64,000 nucleotides of DNA from Zygnema circumcarinatum SAG 698-1b (lineage: Eukaryota > Plantae > Zygnematophyceae), in assembly GCA_037447605.1 (NCBI GenBank), contig CM074811.1:3668895-3732894 (forward strand). The letters run 5' to 3'. Under the pieces are notes generated by a model. That model did not search any database. It was not told the origin of the DNA and was given only the letters and a program-made list of their open reading frames with translations. Position 1 is the first letter of the stretch, and each line of letters opens with the position of its first letter. This document shows, piece by piece, positions 15,879-27,011 of the stretch. Both the position numbers and the translations under genes were made by a program.

Positions 15879-18385
15879 TGCCATGGAGATCAACTTTAGA
15901 TGGAACTTCCGTCGGCTCCCTCAGATTATTTGCTTGCGTTTATCCTTCACATTCATTTGCCTTTTGTAGAGCATTCTTTTTGATCCAGCAAATTAGTAAC
16001 TGCTTCAAAAGTGCAGAACAAATCTGCATAGTTGGCAGAGGGATAAGTGTAGATTAACAGCTTTAGGCAGCCCTTCTTACGAATAAAAATTCAAGTAGAC
16101 CGAACGATTCCCGCACCATTGCTCTTAATGTTGCTACTTCGATTAACTATAAGCCATAATCTGTCCAAAAGTGATGAGTATGCGATGGGATGTGATAGTC
16201 GCCCCCTCCGTGGACTGCCCCCACCCTCCCGCGCGCTCCCCCTCCCCCCCTTCCTCACTTCTCTGTTGTCCCTTATCCGCACAGTAGGTTGCCGCAACCG
16301 CCATGCTGCCACCTCCATGAGAGCAGGCGCGCACCGCAGCGCGCTTAAAAATGGTTGTTTGGGGATGCAGCCAAACGCGCGGCGCGGCGCGGGCTCGCTT
16401 GTGCTGCACAGGGATGCCGGGCGGGGCGATCTTGGGAAGGGATATGGGAAAGGGGGGAAAGGCATACTTCGAAAGCAGACAGGTCGCTGCTGCGCCACAC
16501 CACACCACACCACAGCAGGGGGGTATGGCAGCGAATGCTGCCTTTGAAACAGCCCCCGGGCTGAGCCTCAGCGCTGCTGCTACGACCGGCGAGCCCTCCT
16601 GCTTGCACGGGCCCCGGGGCCGGTGCTGCCCCCCGGGCCCTTCCGACGCCGAGGCCGACGGGAAAAGCGCGGGGCGCGCGCCGTCCTCCCCACCGCCTCT
16701 GCAGTCCTCTCCATTCAGCCCCTCGGTCACTCTGCCGGCCGGCGGCGGAGCGCGAGCCTGCACGCGCGCAAAGCCTCCTCCACCCTCTTCGAAGGCGGGG
16801 CTCTCACGCGAGCTGCGCGTGCGCAAGAGACGATGGCTCCCGCGAGAAGAGAGTCGCCGCGAGTGCCGCGTTAAAGGAAGCGTCTGATGAAGGCTCGGCA
16901 TGCATCCATCATTGGGTCAGCTTCAATCGCCCTCTGAATGTCAGGGCTTGCTCTACGCCTGCGCTATTGCTCACTTCCTCTTTTTGGTGACAAATGTCGC
17001 GGAGGCTGTTCAGTAGTATCAGTGGAGATGGAGTGAGTTGCCTTTCGCTGTGGGCGCAGCTTGCGAGTGAGCAACTGTGGAAAGTGACACGTGGCACTTA
17101 GCGCGGTGCAGCTTGTGCCTTTCAAGCTGGAAGGACAACAAACACAAAAATCAAAATGTTGCAGTTCCCAAGCGCGTGCTGGCGGGCGTGTCTGACTCGC
17201 CGGAGCACCCGGCCTTGCGGCCGCTAGCAGGAACGAGGGCACCCAGCCGCAGCAGTCGACTGCTTGAAGCCTTTTCCTGCGAAGGGCGTTGCGCTTTCTT
17301 CCATCGGTCGGCCTTCCTTCAGGACCCTGAAATGGGCGGCCCCGCAATGCGTTTGCTCAACGCGCCGCTGCGGCCGCACAGTCTGCGCGTGTGTTTGCAC
17401 GCGTGAGAATCTTGCAACGTCGCAGACCCATTATATGTTCGGACTTCATCCGCATGACGCCGACCGAGGTCCTCGACTTGAACCCTAACAGGGCACACTC
17501 GAATATATTTCACCAGAACCGAGGCAACGCCGTCCCCAAAAACCTCAACACCTCATCCGATTTGGATACCTCACACAGCTTCATTGTTGAAAATTGAGAA
17601 AGCACTACGAGTTTGCAAGTATCACAAATTCCGAAGTTAGAAACTCAGAGCACGAGTTTGAGGTTCATTAGGTGAAGCGGAAGGCCGACAACAAGTCAAG
17701 GACGCGCATGCGAGCGCCGAGCTACTCATCAAAGTCGGCCTCCAACCACGCCTGCAAGGAGAATGCGCAGAGCCAAGGGGCACTGGATCAGCGCACAGCC
17801 ACCTGATGCAGCACGTAAGGCACACATTGAACCACCAGCAGCAGCATTCCATCCTCACCACCACATCATGCCCTCAAACTCCCGCCCGGAGTCAGAGCAG
17901 TACCTGCTGAAGCACATAGCTGGCCAACAACGTAGGAAAGAGCGCCACATCATAAGCGAACAGCATCTGACTCTCTTCCCTTCAGCAGCCGCTGGCGAGT
18001 CATGCTGTCACAATGGGCTAGGTTCCCCTGGGCGAATCTCCAGCTCACAGAGTTCTTCCCATGTTCAGGCCTAAACAACAGATATTGAGGAAACAGCTGC
18101 TCTTAACTGTGCCCGCACCACTGCCTATCGTTTGTGATGCAATGAAGACCCCTATATACTTTAGCCAACAAGTTTTGCTGGGCCCTCAGTTGAACAGCCC
18201 CACTTGCGGATTGAAAACCCACCCTACTTTTTGGAAGGAAAGGAGCTTAATGATTACACATTTCCTCCAGTATCCCGAACCCCCCCCTCTCCCTCTACCC
18301 CTCCCTTGAGAGATGGCTTATAAACCGTCCATAGCATCTCCGTCTCCAGTCTCTGCCGGAACAGAAGAGCTTTGACATCGCTCCA

Positions 18386-21300
18386 TTATAGCTCCGGCTT
18401 TGCATAGATCCCTTGGCCAGTTCCGCCTGTTCAGCCACAGGTAACAGGTCAGCCACCAACAAAACTCATCAGCGTCTAAAAACCTCGAAATTCCCTCAGT
18501 CCCACGGCATGAATCATTGGCACATCCACCCTCGCAGCAAAAACTGACTTCCTAGTGTTAACGGTTTAGCTTCACAAGGCTGGGATAATGACCAGCATAT
18601 GAAGTTCGTGGAGAGAGGTGGCCCTACCCGACATGTTTGCCTGCAGCTGCGTATTGCCATCCACCATAGAGCCGAACTCCCCCTCCCATGACAACATGGC
18701 CTGGGGCAAGTCACCGAGCTGCAATGCGCAAGCCGACAAGGATGAAAATACTTTGGGATAACAGCAGCATGAGGCCCTCTTCTTGAAGAAAAATGCAACC
18801 AGGTGGACCGCATTTCAAGCGCGAGAGGTGCATGCCATGAGGCGAATTGGATTACCACCTGTAAGCAACAGAAGTGCATTCTCCTCTCCGTATCCCTTTT
18901 GAGGCTACTAAGAACCACAGCTGCGCTTGATATACTTAATAGTAGAGTGCACGATGCCAGAAGCCCTGACATTACATAGCCGTTTCTCAAATGCGCATTC
19001 CGTTCACTTCAACATTGTTCGACCCGAACATTGCCAGAACCCAACTCAAATGGCACTAGGAACTCACATCCGCTGTATGGAAATGATCGATTGCGAGCCC
19101 TTCCATGCCCCGAGTGGAGCCCAGCAGCATGTCCTGCAGCATACCCCCGCCCGCCAGATGCATCTCCAGTGCGTTCACACCTCCATAGCCTTCAAGCGCT
19201 CCGCCCCCCATCTCCGCCTGCCCTGCGGGGCCACCGCCTCCACCTCCGCTGCCACCTCCCCCTCCTGGGCTTCCCGCCCTCATCGCATCGCTGCCGGCAA
19301 GGAAGCCCCCCCCCTCCTGCATGGACGCGCTGCCGCCCGCTGCGCCCCGCGATTGCTGCTGGAAGGACCCCTGCTCCACGCCACCCTGAAGGTGAAACGG
19401 CGCCTTTGTGTCAGAGAGAACTTCCTGTACAGGATATGGGTGGGAAGCGCTGTGAGGGAGAAGAAATCGAGAGGCGGTTGGAAGGAGATGGCAACATGAG
19501 GGAAATCGTTTCATTGAACGGAAAGTTTACTTCTCCACAACTAACATTCATATCTGCTCTCTCTGACCAGGAAAGAAAATGCAAAAGGGCAAAGAAATGC
19601 CGACTGTAGTTATACTGCCGTTAACTGGGAAGACAAGTTGACTGTGAATAAAGGAAAAGTTTCAGGCTCACTTTTGATAACACAACGATACACAGACATA
19701 GTGTGTACCTGAGTCTGGTGCTGCTGCTGCTGTTGCTGAGGCGGCTGCTGCGGCTCCCCCATGTTGTTGATCTCTGCCTCGTGCCCGATTGCTGCCAGCT
19801 TCCGCGAAAGCAGCTGCAAGTGCATCAGCCCTCCGCACCTCAAAATTAGAAAATCAGCTTCACCATTTTAAATGTGGCCCGCTTCCCCTTTCATTCTGAT
19901 AAGCATGGAATTCTGTTACAACAACCCAGAGTCTCCATGGAAAAGCTGCATATTTAAACAGCAAGAGAACTGCTCTATTCCTGCAACTTTCACGGCTTCT
20001 CCCCCAGAAATGCATGTCCATAGCATTCTGATGTTATAGACTTGTGCAAGCGGAGGCAACACCTGCCTTTCTTCTCGTGGACGTCAAAACAGAGATTGTT
20101 CACTCTACGCCCACTATCAGGAGTGCAAGGCCTGTCGCGACTTACACGAATAAGACTCCGTCCTTACAAGCCAGGGTGGATGGGAGATACTGCTTAAATG
20201 GTTACCTACATCACAGAAGCAAAGTTACTGCTTCCACCTTTATTGCTCACCTCCACTTGGAGTTGCAGAGACCGCACATAATTGATGATCTCATCCAACA
20301 TCAAAGCTTTCCCCGTAACCTGCAGATGTACTCCACCCAGCGTATTACAACAAAGAACATCACTGAAGCACGTTGGCCTATTCTGATGCGCTCTGGTGTC
20401 AGTGGCCACTCTGGGAGGACAGACCCCTCTGAAAGCCGGCGCATCGCTGACATCATCAAGCAGATCAAGCGAGAGGCTTGCCTTAGTGCATGTCGGAACA
20501 AGGTCTTGCAGCACCTTCATTCGTTCACTTATCTTTTCTCTTCGAACCTGGAAAGGCACAAACACGAGTCCCAATAAGCCCCCGTGAAACTAGACCAAAA
20601 CATCGACAATCTTCTCTCCAACGCCATTATTGGACTATAACATCCCTACTCCACGCTGAAAGAAGCAGGCGATTCCCCGGCAATGCCGTACCCTCTCAGC
20701 CAGACTGTGGCTGTCAGTCGCCTGGCCCCTTCGCGCGCGGACGTGGATATAATCCTTTGGAGCGTCCGCCTTCGGCTTCTCGGCTTTGCGACTCGGCCTT
20801 CCAAAGCTCACTTCCATTCCCCCCCTCTCCTCCCCCCGAGGACTCATGTCTTCGTTATCCTCATCCTCCAAATCGTCCTCATCGCCTGTTTTGGACTCCG
20901 TGTGCTCACCTCCAGACTGGGTCCAAAAGAAAAGAGAGAAGGATAAGAAATGGTGAGAAGGGGGACGAGAAAAGGGTCGAAACGGCTCAGCGATCTCATT
21001 CATCACCAAACGAGATTGCTGCGACAACTGAACAATTCCGTCAAATGACACTACCGAGGTTACCCACCAACTATCCTGCACAAAGGAGTGTGCACTAAAG
21101 TAGCAATACTGCTGTTCTGTGCATCCAAAATTTCCCCTGACACCAGGCCTCCCACCGTTCCTCCCTTCACTATGCTTGTTGACAAATGACCAGGTGGATA
21201 AACTTTAACTTCATCACGGTAGCGAGTGCTTCATTATGAACATTCCCGTTCGCCATGCAAATAACCTGTCTTACAACAGGCCATTTCTGTGTGAGCTGCC

Positions 21301-24300
21301 TTTTTCAACGCATATAACTCGTCCTACGACTCTGCTGCCTTAATTTCTTCCCATGCAAACATAGCTGATAGGAGAATCGCACGTCCTTCGATACATAATA
21401 TGTGGAAATCCACATCAACATACCATTTGGCTATTTGTTGGAGACCTTTGACCCTCCTGAGGCGGTGTAGACCTGCCTTTCGGAAATCCTTCTGGAAGAG
21501 GGATTGGGCGCTTCCTCTTATTACGGAACTTCAGAAAGTTTTTTCCGTTCTGTGCTGAACTGCCCACTTCTCCCAGGACACTACCATCACCTGCTACCAG
21601 AAAGGAGGTTGACAATATTAGACAAATCTCCAACTTGGTCCACAGTTCGTTGACTGATGTCAAATGTACATATAGACGTATGCATGGCCTCGTTGGGAAA
21701 GGAGTACAGTGCGAGGATACTTGTGCCTGGGGAACTCGACGGGAGGACCAAACCGCTAACGCGTCTGCAGAGTCCGACCACTTCTTTATTCTAACCCACG
21801 AATGCTGCTCTTAAGTGTTCGGTAAGGTAAAGCTTCATTCTTTGTGGCAATCAGGAACAATCTGTGAACTATGCAAACTACGACCTGCATGCCACGCGGC
21901 ATTTGTATGAGCCGCTTATGACAAGTTGACCCACCCCACCTTGCGCCTGTCTGGGAAAGCAGGCTGGGTCAGCTCGGTCTTTTGCAAAAAGACTTGGAAA
22001 CCGACTTCTGAGATGAAGAAAAGGGCATGAGTGCAGCCGGAGACTGACCGTCAGACTCGGTTGAAGCGAGCTCACTGTCCTCGAGCACATCACCGAGTGG
22101 CGGGCAGCTGCTCGTCCGAGACAGCTTTGTGCGTGGCAGTCCCATTGAAGTGGGCCTCCTCTCCCTTTCAGGGCTTGATGCTGCTGACTGTACTGTCAAC
22201 GGCGAGCGCGATGGAGAGAGGTCGGGAGTGCTCGCCTCGCTCAGATTGCGGTACATGTTGTGCAGGTCGCTCATATCTCCCACCTTCATGGTCATGCCCC
22301 CCAGAGGAGGGGCACTGCTTGTCCGGGCCAGAAGCGATGGAACGCGGTCCTGGCCCCCGTTGGCCCATCCCACTTCACCGGCGCCAATTGCCAAACCCTG
22401 GTAATTTCCCATTCCTACAGAAAGCCCCGCCATCTGCTGGGCTCCCCAACCGACCCTCTGCGGAGGAGGAGGCAGGCCTGCACTGTGGTTATATTCCTTG
22501 GACTCTCCTTCTCCAAACGAGAAGGGATTGCTGTTCTGCCGTCCTCTCGAGTTTAGGGCGTGAGGGGAGGGGGGGAGAGGCGGGACTCCCGGCGAGTTCC
22601 TGAGAGCGAAGCCGCCCTTGCTGGGGTCCACAGTGAGCGTCTGCCCCCAGGAGACGAGGCTCGGCATGCGGTCGATGGATGAGAGAGGCGCTGAGGGAGG
22701 CAGCCCGCTGGAGGCGTTCAGGAGGTGAAGGGGAGTGCCGCCATTTCCCTCACTGTGGTTCAGGCGAGAACCTGCATCCCAGAACGCGAGGTGGCTTACA
22801 GATCAGTTACTGAAACATTGTGTTGGAAGAATGATAACAAAGTGAAAAACATAAGCAGGTAGCTGAACACGCATCCTCGAATAGCCATTGTGGGAGAACC
22901 CTCCACAGAATGTTGACTTCGGAAAAAACCGACGGCTCTGCACAACTCATCAAACTAAAAGGGACAAACGAAGTTGTACTGTTATCGACATCGTAGATAT
23001 GAGTTAGGAAATCCCACTTCACGAAGTAACTCAAATGCCGGTTAGTACAAGGTTCCTTCTATTCCTTTATATCTGGAAATACATGACTCGCGAACGAATA
23101 CGCTTCCATTTAGCTAGAACTCTCACAAGACTGCAAAGGCAAGTCTTATCAGATCCATACCTCGGCCACGGACAGCCTTTCTGTTCTGGCCAAACGAATA
23201 GTAATCCCTCCAAAACTGCCAAAATGACATTTCATCTTCAGGCCAGTATAACATCCACAATGATTTTGGATCCTCGCTTTACAGGTTTATGGTGTCTTAT
23301 TATCCTGACAAAAGTTCTATATGCTATTCTGCCACCGTTTTGAGAAGCTTAAGAGTGCCAACCTTGGGATAAAGTGGGGCCCTGAACAATCAAAAGGACA
23401 ACTGATCCCGTGGAGTCGCAAGTTTAGCCTGGACAAGCGCTGTACAGGTGGATGCCGTGGAAATGCAGCATGGCCTTCCTTCCACATGGTGCGACATGCA
23501 GGGATACACCTGCGCTAAGCGTCCAGCTGGCGCACGAGGAATGCAGGCAGGACTGCACGACTGGTTTAACGAGCTGGACGAACAGATAAATGCAAACATT
23601 CGACGGAGGGAACTCAGCACTACTGATTCAAGGATGAGACACTCCTTGAATTAGGTTGCTTGGTTTTTGTATGCTCCTGTCATTCTATGACCTACCAGCA
23701 GCTTTCTCGCTATCTGAGGGTTTGGTCGACAGTGGTCAAAAGTTACAAACAAGAGAGCAAAACTGTAAGGCAGGAAATTTGTCAACCGTGACCCACAGGC
23801 CACCGGTAGGTGCTCTTTGAAAAAACGACGGAAGGAAATCAATGCTCTGCTCGAGATTCATTGCGCAGTAAGTTATGCGAAAAGAGAAGGATAGAGGATT
23901 TTGCAGTACGCTGTGACGGAATCACTGCTATACGACAGTCCTCTATCCACAGAGGTTTCTAATGTCCTGAGTCGAAAAAGCATACATAAGATACTAAAAC
24001 TGCATTTGGCTCTAGTTTTTAGATCACCAAGAAAAGATTCCTCTCAATCAGTAAAGCCTGGAGTGCAGGATTTTTGACAACTGCGCATTACAATCTTAAC
24101 AGTCAGAGTTGTCCAGATTTACCTCGAAGTTTTCACAAATTTTTATGAATGCAGACAAAATGTTCCGTCCCAGAGGAAAGATATTTGGAGCCTTGAAGTT
24201 GATTGAGAGGCCCTAAGCGACAGTTTGGCTGGGCAGTCTTATACCTGCCGTTGCTCATCCAAATCCTAGCCCTAGCCACCCACGGCTATTCCCCTGACAC

Positions 24301-24655
24301 CAGCAACAGCACCGTGAGGACTATTGGAACACAAGGGAGTACCTGCTCGAAGGGCCGCCAAGCGCTCGTGAAGAATGGCCGAGTCAGAAAGGCTCTCGAA
24401 GCCTCCAGGCGACAGGAAGTGGGAGAAGTTCTGGCCGTGCAGGCCGAGCTGCTCCTGCTGACTGCTGGCGGCGGCAGCCGCTGTTGCTTCTGCCAGGATC
24501 GCCTTCCTGTTGATGCCACGTGGCATCTCCAGGCTGCGCGTCCGCCTTGGCGGGGGGAGCCGTGGCTCTTCCCTGTTTGCAGCCCCGCCCAGGGGCAGGA
24601 GAGGCTCAGCAAGCAAACCAGCTCAAGGGGAAGCACACCTGTTAGACGCTCTCAT
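18386..24655 (-). CDS. bHLH transcription factor, subfamily XII (CIB/BEE/BPE type), about 11 exons
   Basis: Core PKDYIHVRARRGQATDSHSLAER / VRREKISERMKVLQDLVPTCTK / VTGKALMLDEIINYVRSLQLQVE / FLSRKLAA is diagnostic of subfamily XII. An upstream basic patch reads RNKRKR, and the C-terminal exons read LSWEGEFGSMV.. and ..IYAKPEL*. The start at 24655 assumes a 66-nt first intron (24638-24573); 24526 is an alternative ATG. Confidence 0.88.
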
Positions 24656-25479
24656 CTTCCTCCCGACTGAAGGAGATCCCAAGGGCTAAACAAAAGAGCA
24701 CTAATGCAGTCTGAACCTATCCCTCGTGCTTATTTCTGCAGGACTCTGCTTGACGAGCACATGCTTCAAACAGGCCATCGACAGAATCGTCATGCAGAAG
24801 TTTCAGAGACGAGCAGAAAGCGGAGTAGAAAAAAAAGACGAGCAAGATGTGCCGACTAGTCAATAAAGGGACCAAGAAGTAGCAGCTTCTTTAAAGACAA
24901 CGAGGTTGGGACTGGTTTTGCAGTGCATTGTATGAAAGCAAGAAGACGTCTGCTTCTGGCCGTCCGTCGCATAGACCGAGACCTGCCGAAAGCGAACAAC
25001 TATTCCTGAAACGGCAACTTTGCGTTGTTGTCCAATAGCTAGGCGAGCAGTTCCTAGGTAATGTAAGCAGAACAGACGAGGGAAAGCTATTGGAATGCAC
25101 GTACATGTAGTGGACTTGCTGAGCGAAGCAAAGAGTGGGAAGGGGAGAGGCGGTGCGGCGAGGGAGGCGATGAAGGAGGAGGGCAGCAAGAGGCCGAGGG
25201 CGAGGGCGAGGGCACGAGCGAGGGCGGGGCGGCTGGCGGTGGCAGAGCGAGAGCGAGAGCGTGCGGGGCGGGGCGGCCGCGGGCGGCAGGCGGGCGAGCG
25301 TGCAGGCGGGCAGCACGGGAGGGAGTGAGGGCTACCCTGCCTCCCTGCCTCCCTCCCTCCGCGCCTCCGTCCGTCCCTCCGGCAATCGCGCCCACCATCC
25401 GCTGCTGCCGCCCCGCGGCGGTCTTTCGGCGCCGTACACACGTACGGCCGGATCGCGCCGCCCGCCCGCCTGCCCGCCT

Positions 25480-25541
25480 GCGCCAAATCTGCGCCCGCCT
25501 GCGCCAAATCTGCGCCCGCCTGCGCCAAATCTGCGGCCGGC
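25480..25541 (-). promoter_or_regulatory. 21-bp tandem repeat x3, each copy carrying TTTGGCGC (E2F consensus) upstream of the bHLH gene
   Basis: GCGCCAAA occurs at 25480, 25501 and 25522 on the + strand (TTTGGCGC on -). Unit: CCTGCGCCAAATCTGCGCCCG. The repeat is certain; the regulatory role is inferred. Confidence 0.5.
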
Positions 25542-25699
25542 CGCCCGCGGCCGCCTCCGCCTCCGCGGCGGGGCCGCACGTTGCTTCCTGCCTCTTGCCT
25601 GCCGCCGCTGGAGAGAGGGCGGGAGGGAGGGAGGGAGGGGCTTCTGATCGGATTGCTTGCTCGCTCGCTTGCGGACCCACCGACGAGCCGTTGCGCGGT

Positions 25700-25810
25700 G
25701 GTTGCAGCGATTGGATTCAGTGGTTGCCAACCATTGCCGTGGTTCGAACCATTGGTTAGTGGCCCAGCCAGCCTTTGGCAATGGTCGGCAACCATTGGCT
25801 TGGTACCAGC
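25700..25810. repeat. Short array of TGGTT/AACCATTG motifs related to the element at 42756-43002
   Basis: GGTTGCCAACCATTG, TGGTTCGAACCATTGGTT and CAATGGTCGGCAACCATTGG match words in the 42.8-kb element. Confidence 0.6.
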
Positions 25811-27011
25811 TGGAAACCCTTCCCAGTCCGGTCCGGTCGCCGCGCGCCGTTCGAGTCCTTCCTTCCTTCCGGGAAGCGCGCCGCGCGCCCGCCCGCCCGC
25901 CTGAGGTGCGGCCAGGCCGAGCCGCCCGCGGAACCGGCCACTGGGAGCCACGACGGTACCATACTGGTCGCAAACTCGAATTCAGAATTCGAAATTCGCC
26001 AAATCCGCGAATGTGGAATTCGCTCGGCTGAGTTGCTCAAATACTGTATGCATAACAAACATGATGCGATATATTTTCCATAATGCGACGTGATGGCGAC
26101 GTCGCATGTCGCACTCTAGGAAATGTGGAAAGCACTCTAGTCGCATTATGGGAAATGTGCCACTTTTGCCTAGCATCGCATGCGAGTCAACATTCTACAC
26201 GTCGAGCGTGACATGACATGTCGCTCTATCGCGCAGTTCCGATGGCGAGGACGCCGACCAATGGGGGGACGCTCAGTGTCCCTGTGGGAACACTAACTTC
26301 CGCAGCTTCCGAATTCAGAAAATTCAAATAGAATGCCGAAATTCAGACACGCCTGAAAACTCAGTGCCTCAGAGTCATGGAAGCCGAATTCTAATGAAAA
26401 TTCACGAATTTACAAATTTCTACGTATTTTGGAATTCCTAGGCCCAAACCAGCGATTCCGCGGACACTGCCTGGAACTACCAATACTCCACCCCCTATTC
26501 GACGCGGCTGGCACTTGCCCCTCCTCCACTGCGCACTCCTTTGTCGGCGCTCTGCGTTGGTGAGGGCCAGCATCTACTGTCCCGCTGGAAGAGCCCGAGA
26601 CACCGACTGTTCATCGCCTTCATCAGACCACTCTCATCTGCATCCACTGCCGTCCGATTCCTGCCGAGGGAGGCCGCAAATTTGACAGTGTGAAAACGAG
26701 ATGGTTCGACAGTCGAACGAGCTTCTCGTTGTAGCTTCGTAGTCGCCGCCAACAGAGTCACAGTAGGGCAGTCAAATTGTAACCCCTCAGAACGGGAAAA
26801 GTTAAAGACTAAACTATTGGTGATACAGCCTCCATGACACTGCTCTTCAACGTGGTATAAGGACGAGCAATCAGAGCAAGGCACAAAAACAGTCTCAGAC
26901 TATGCGGGATCCCTGCTCACAGGTACAAAACGCTAAAAAGACACCGCCAAGACCACCCTCTAAAGTGATGCCGATTGCAGTACCGACAACCTGTGAGGTG
27001 CAACGAGCCCC

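Noticed and set aside
24860-25973. 363-aa and 213-aa minus-strand ORFs
   Set aside because: They cover the GC-rich promoter, tandem repeats and 5' leader of the bHLH gene, and the translation is low-complexity R/A/G/P.
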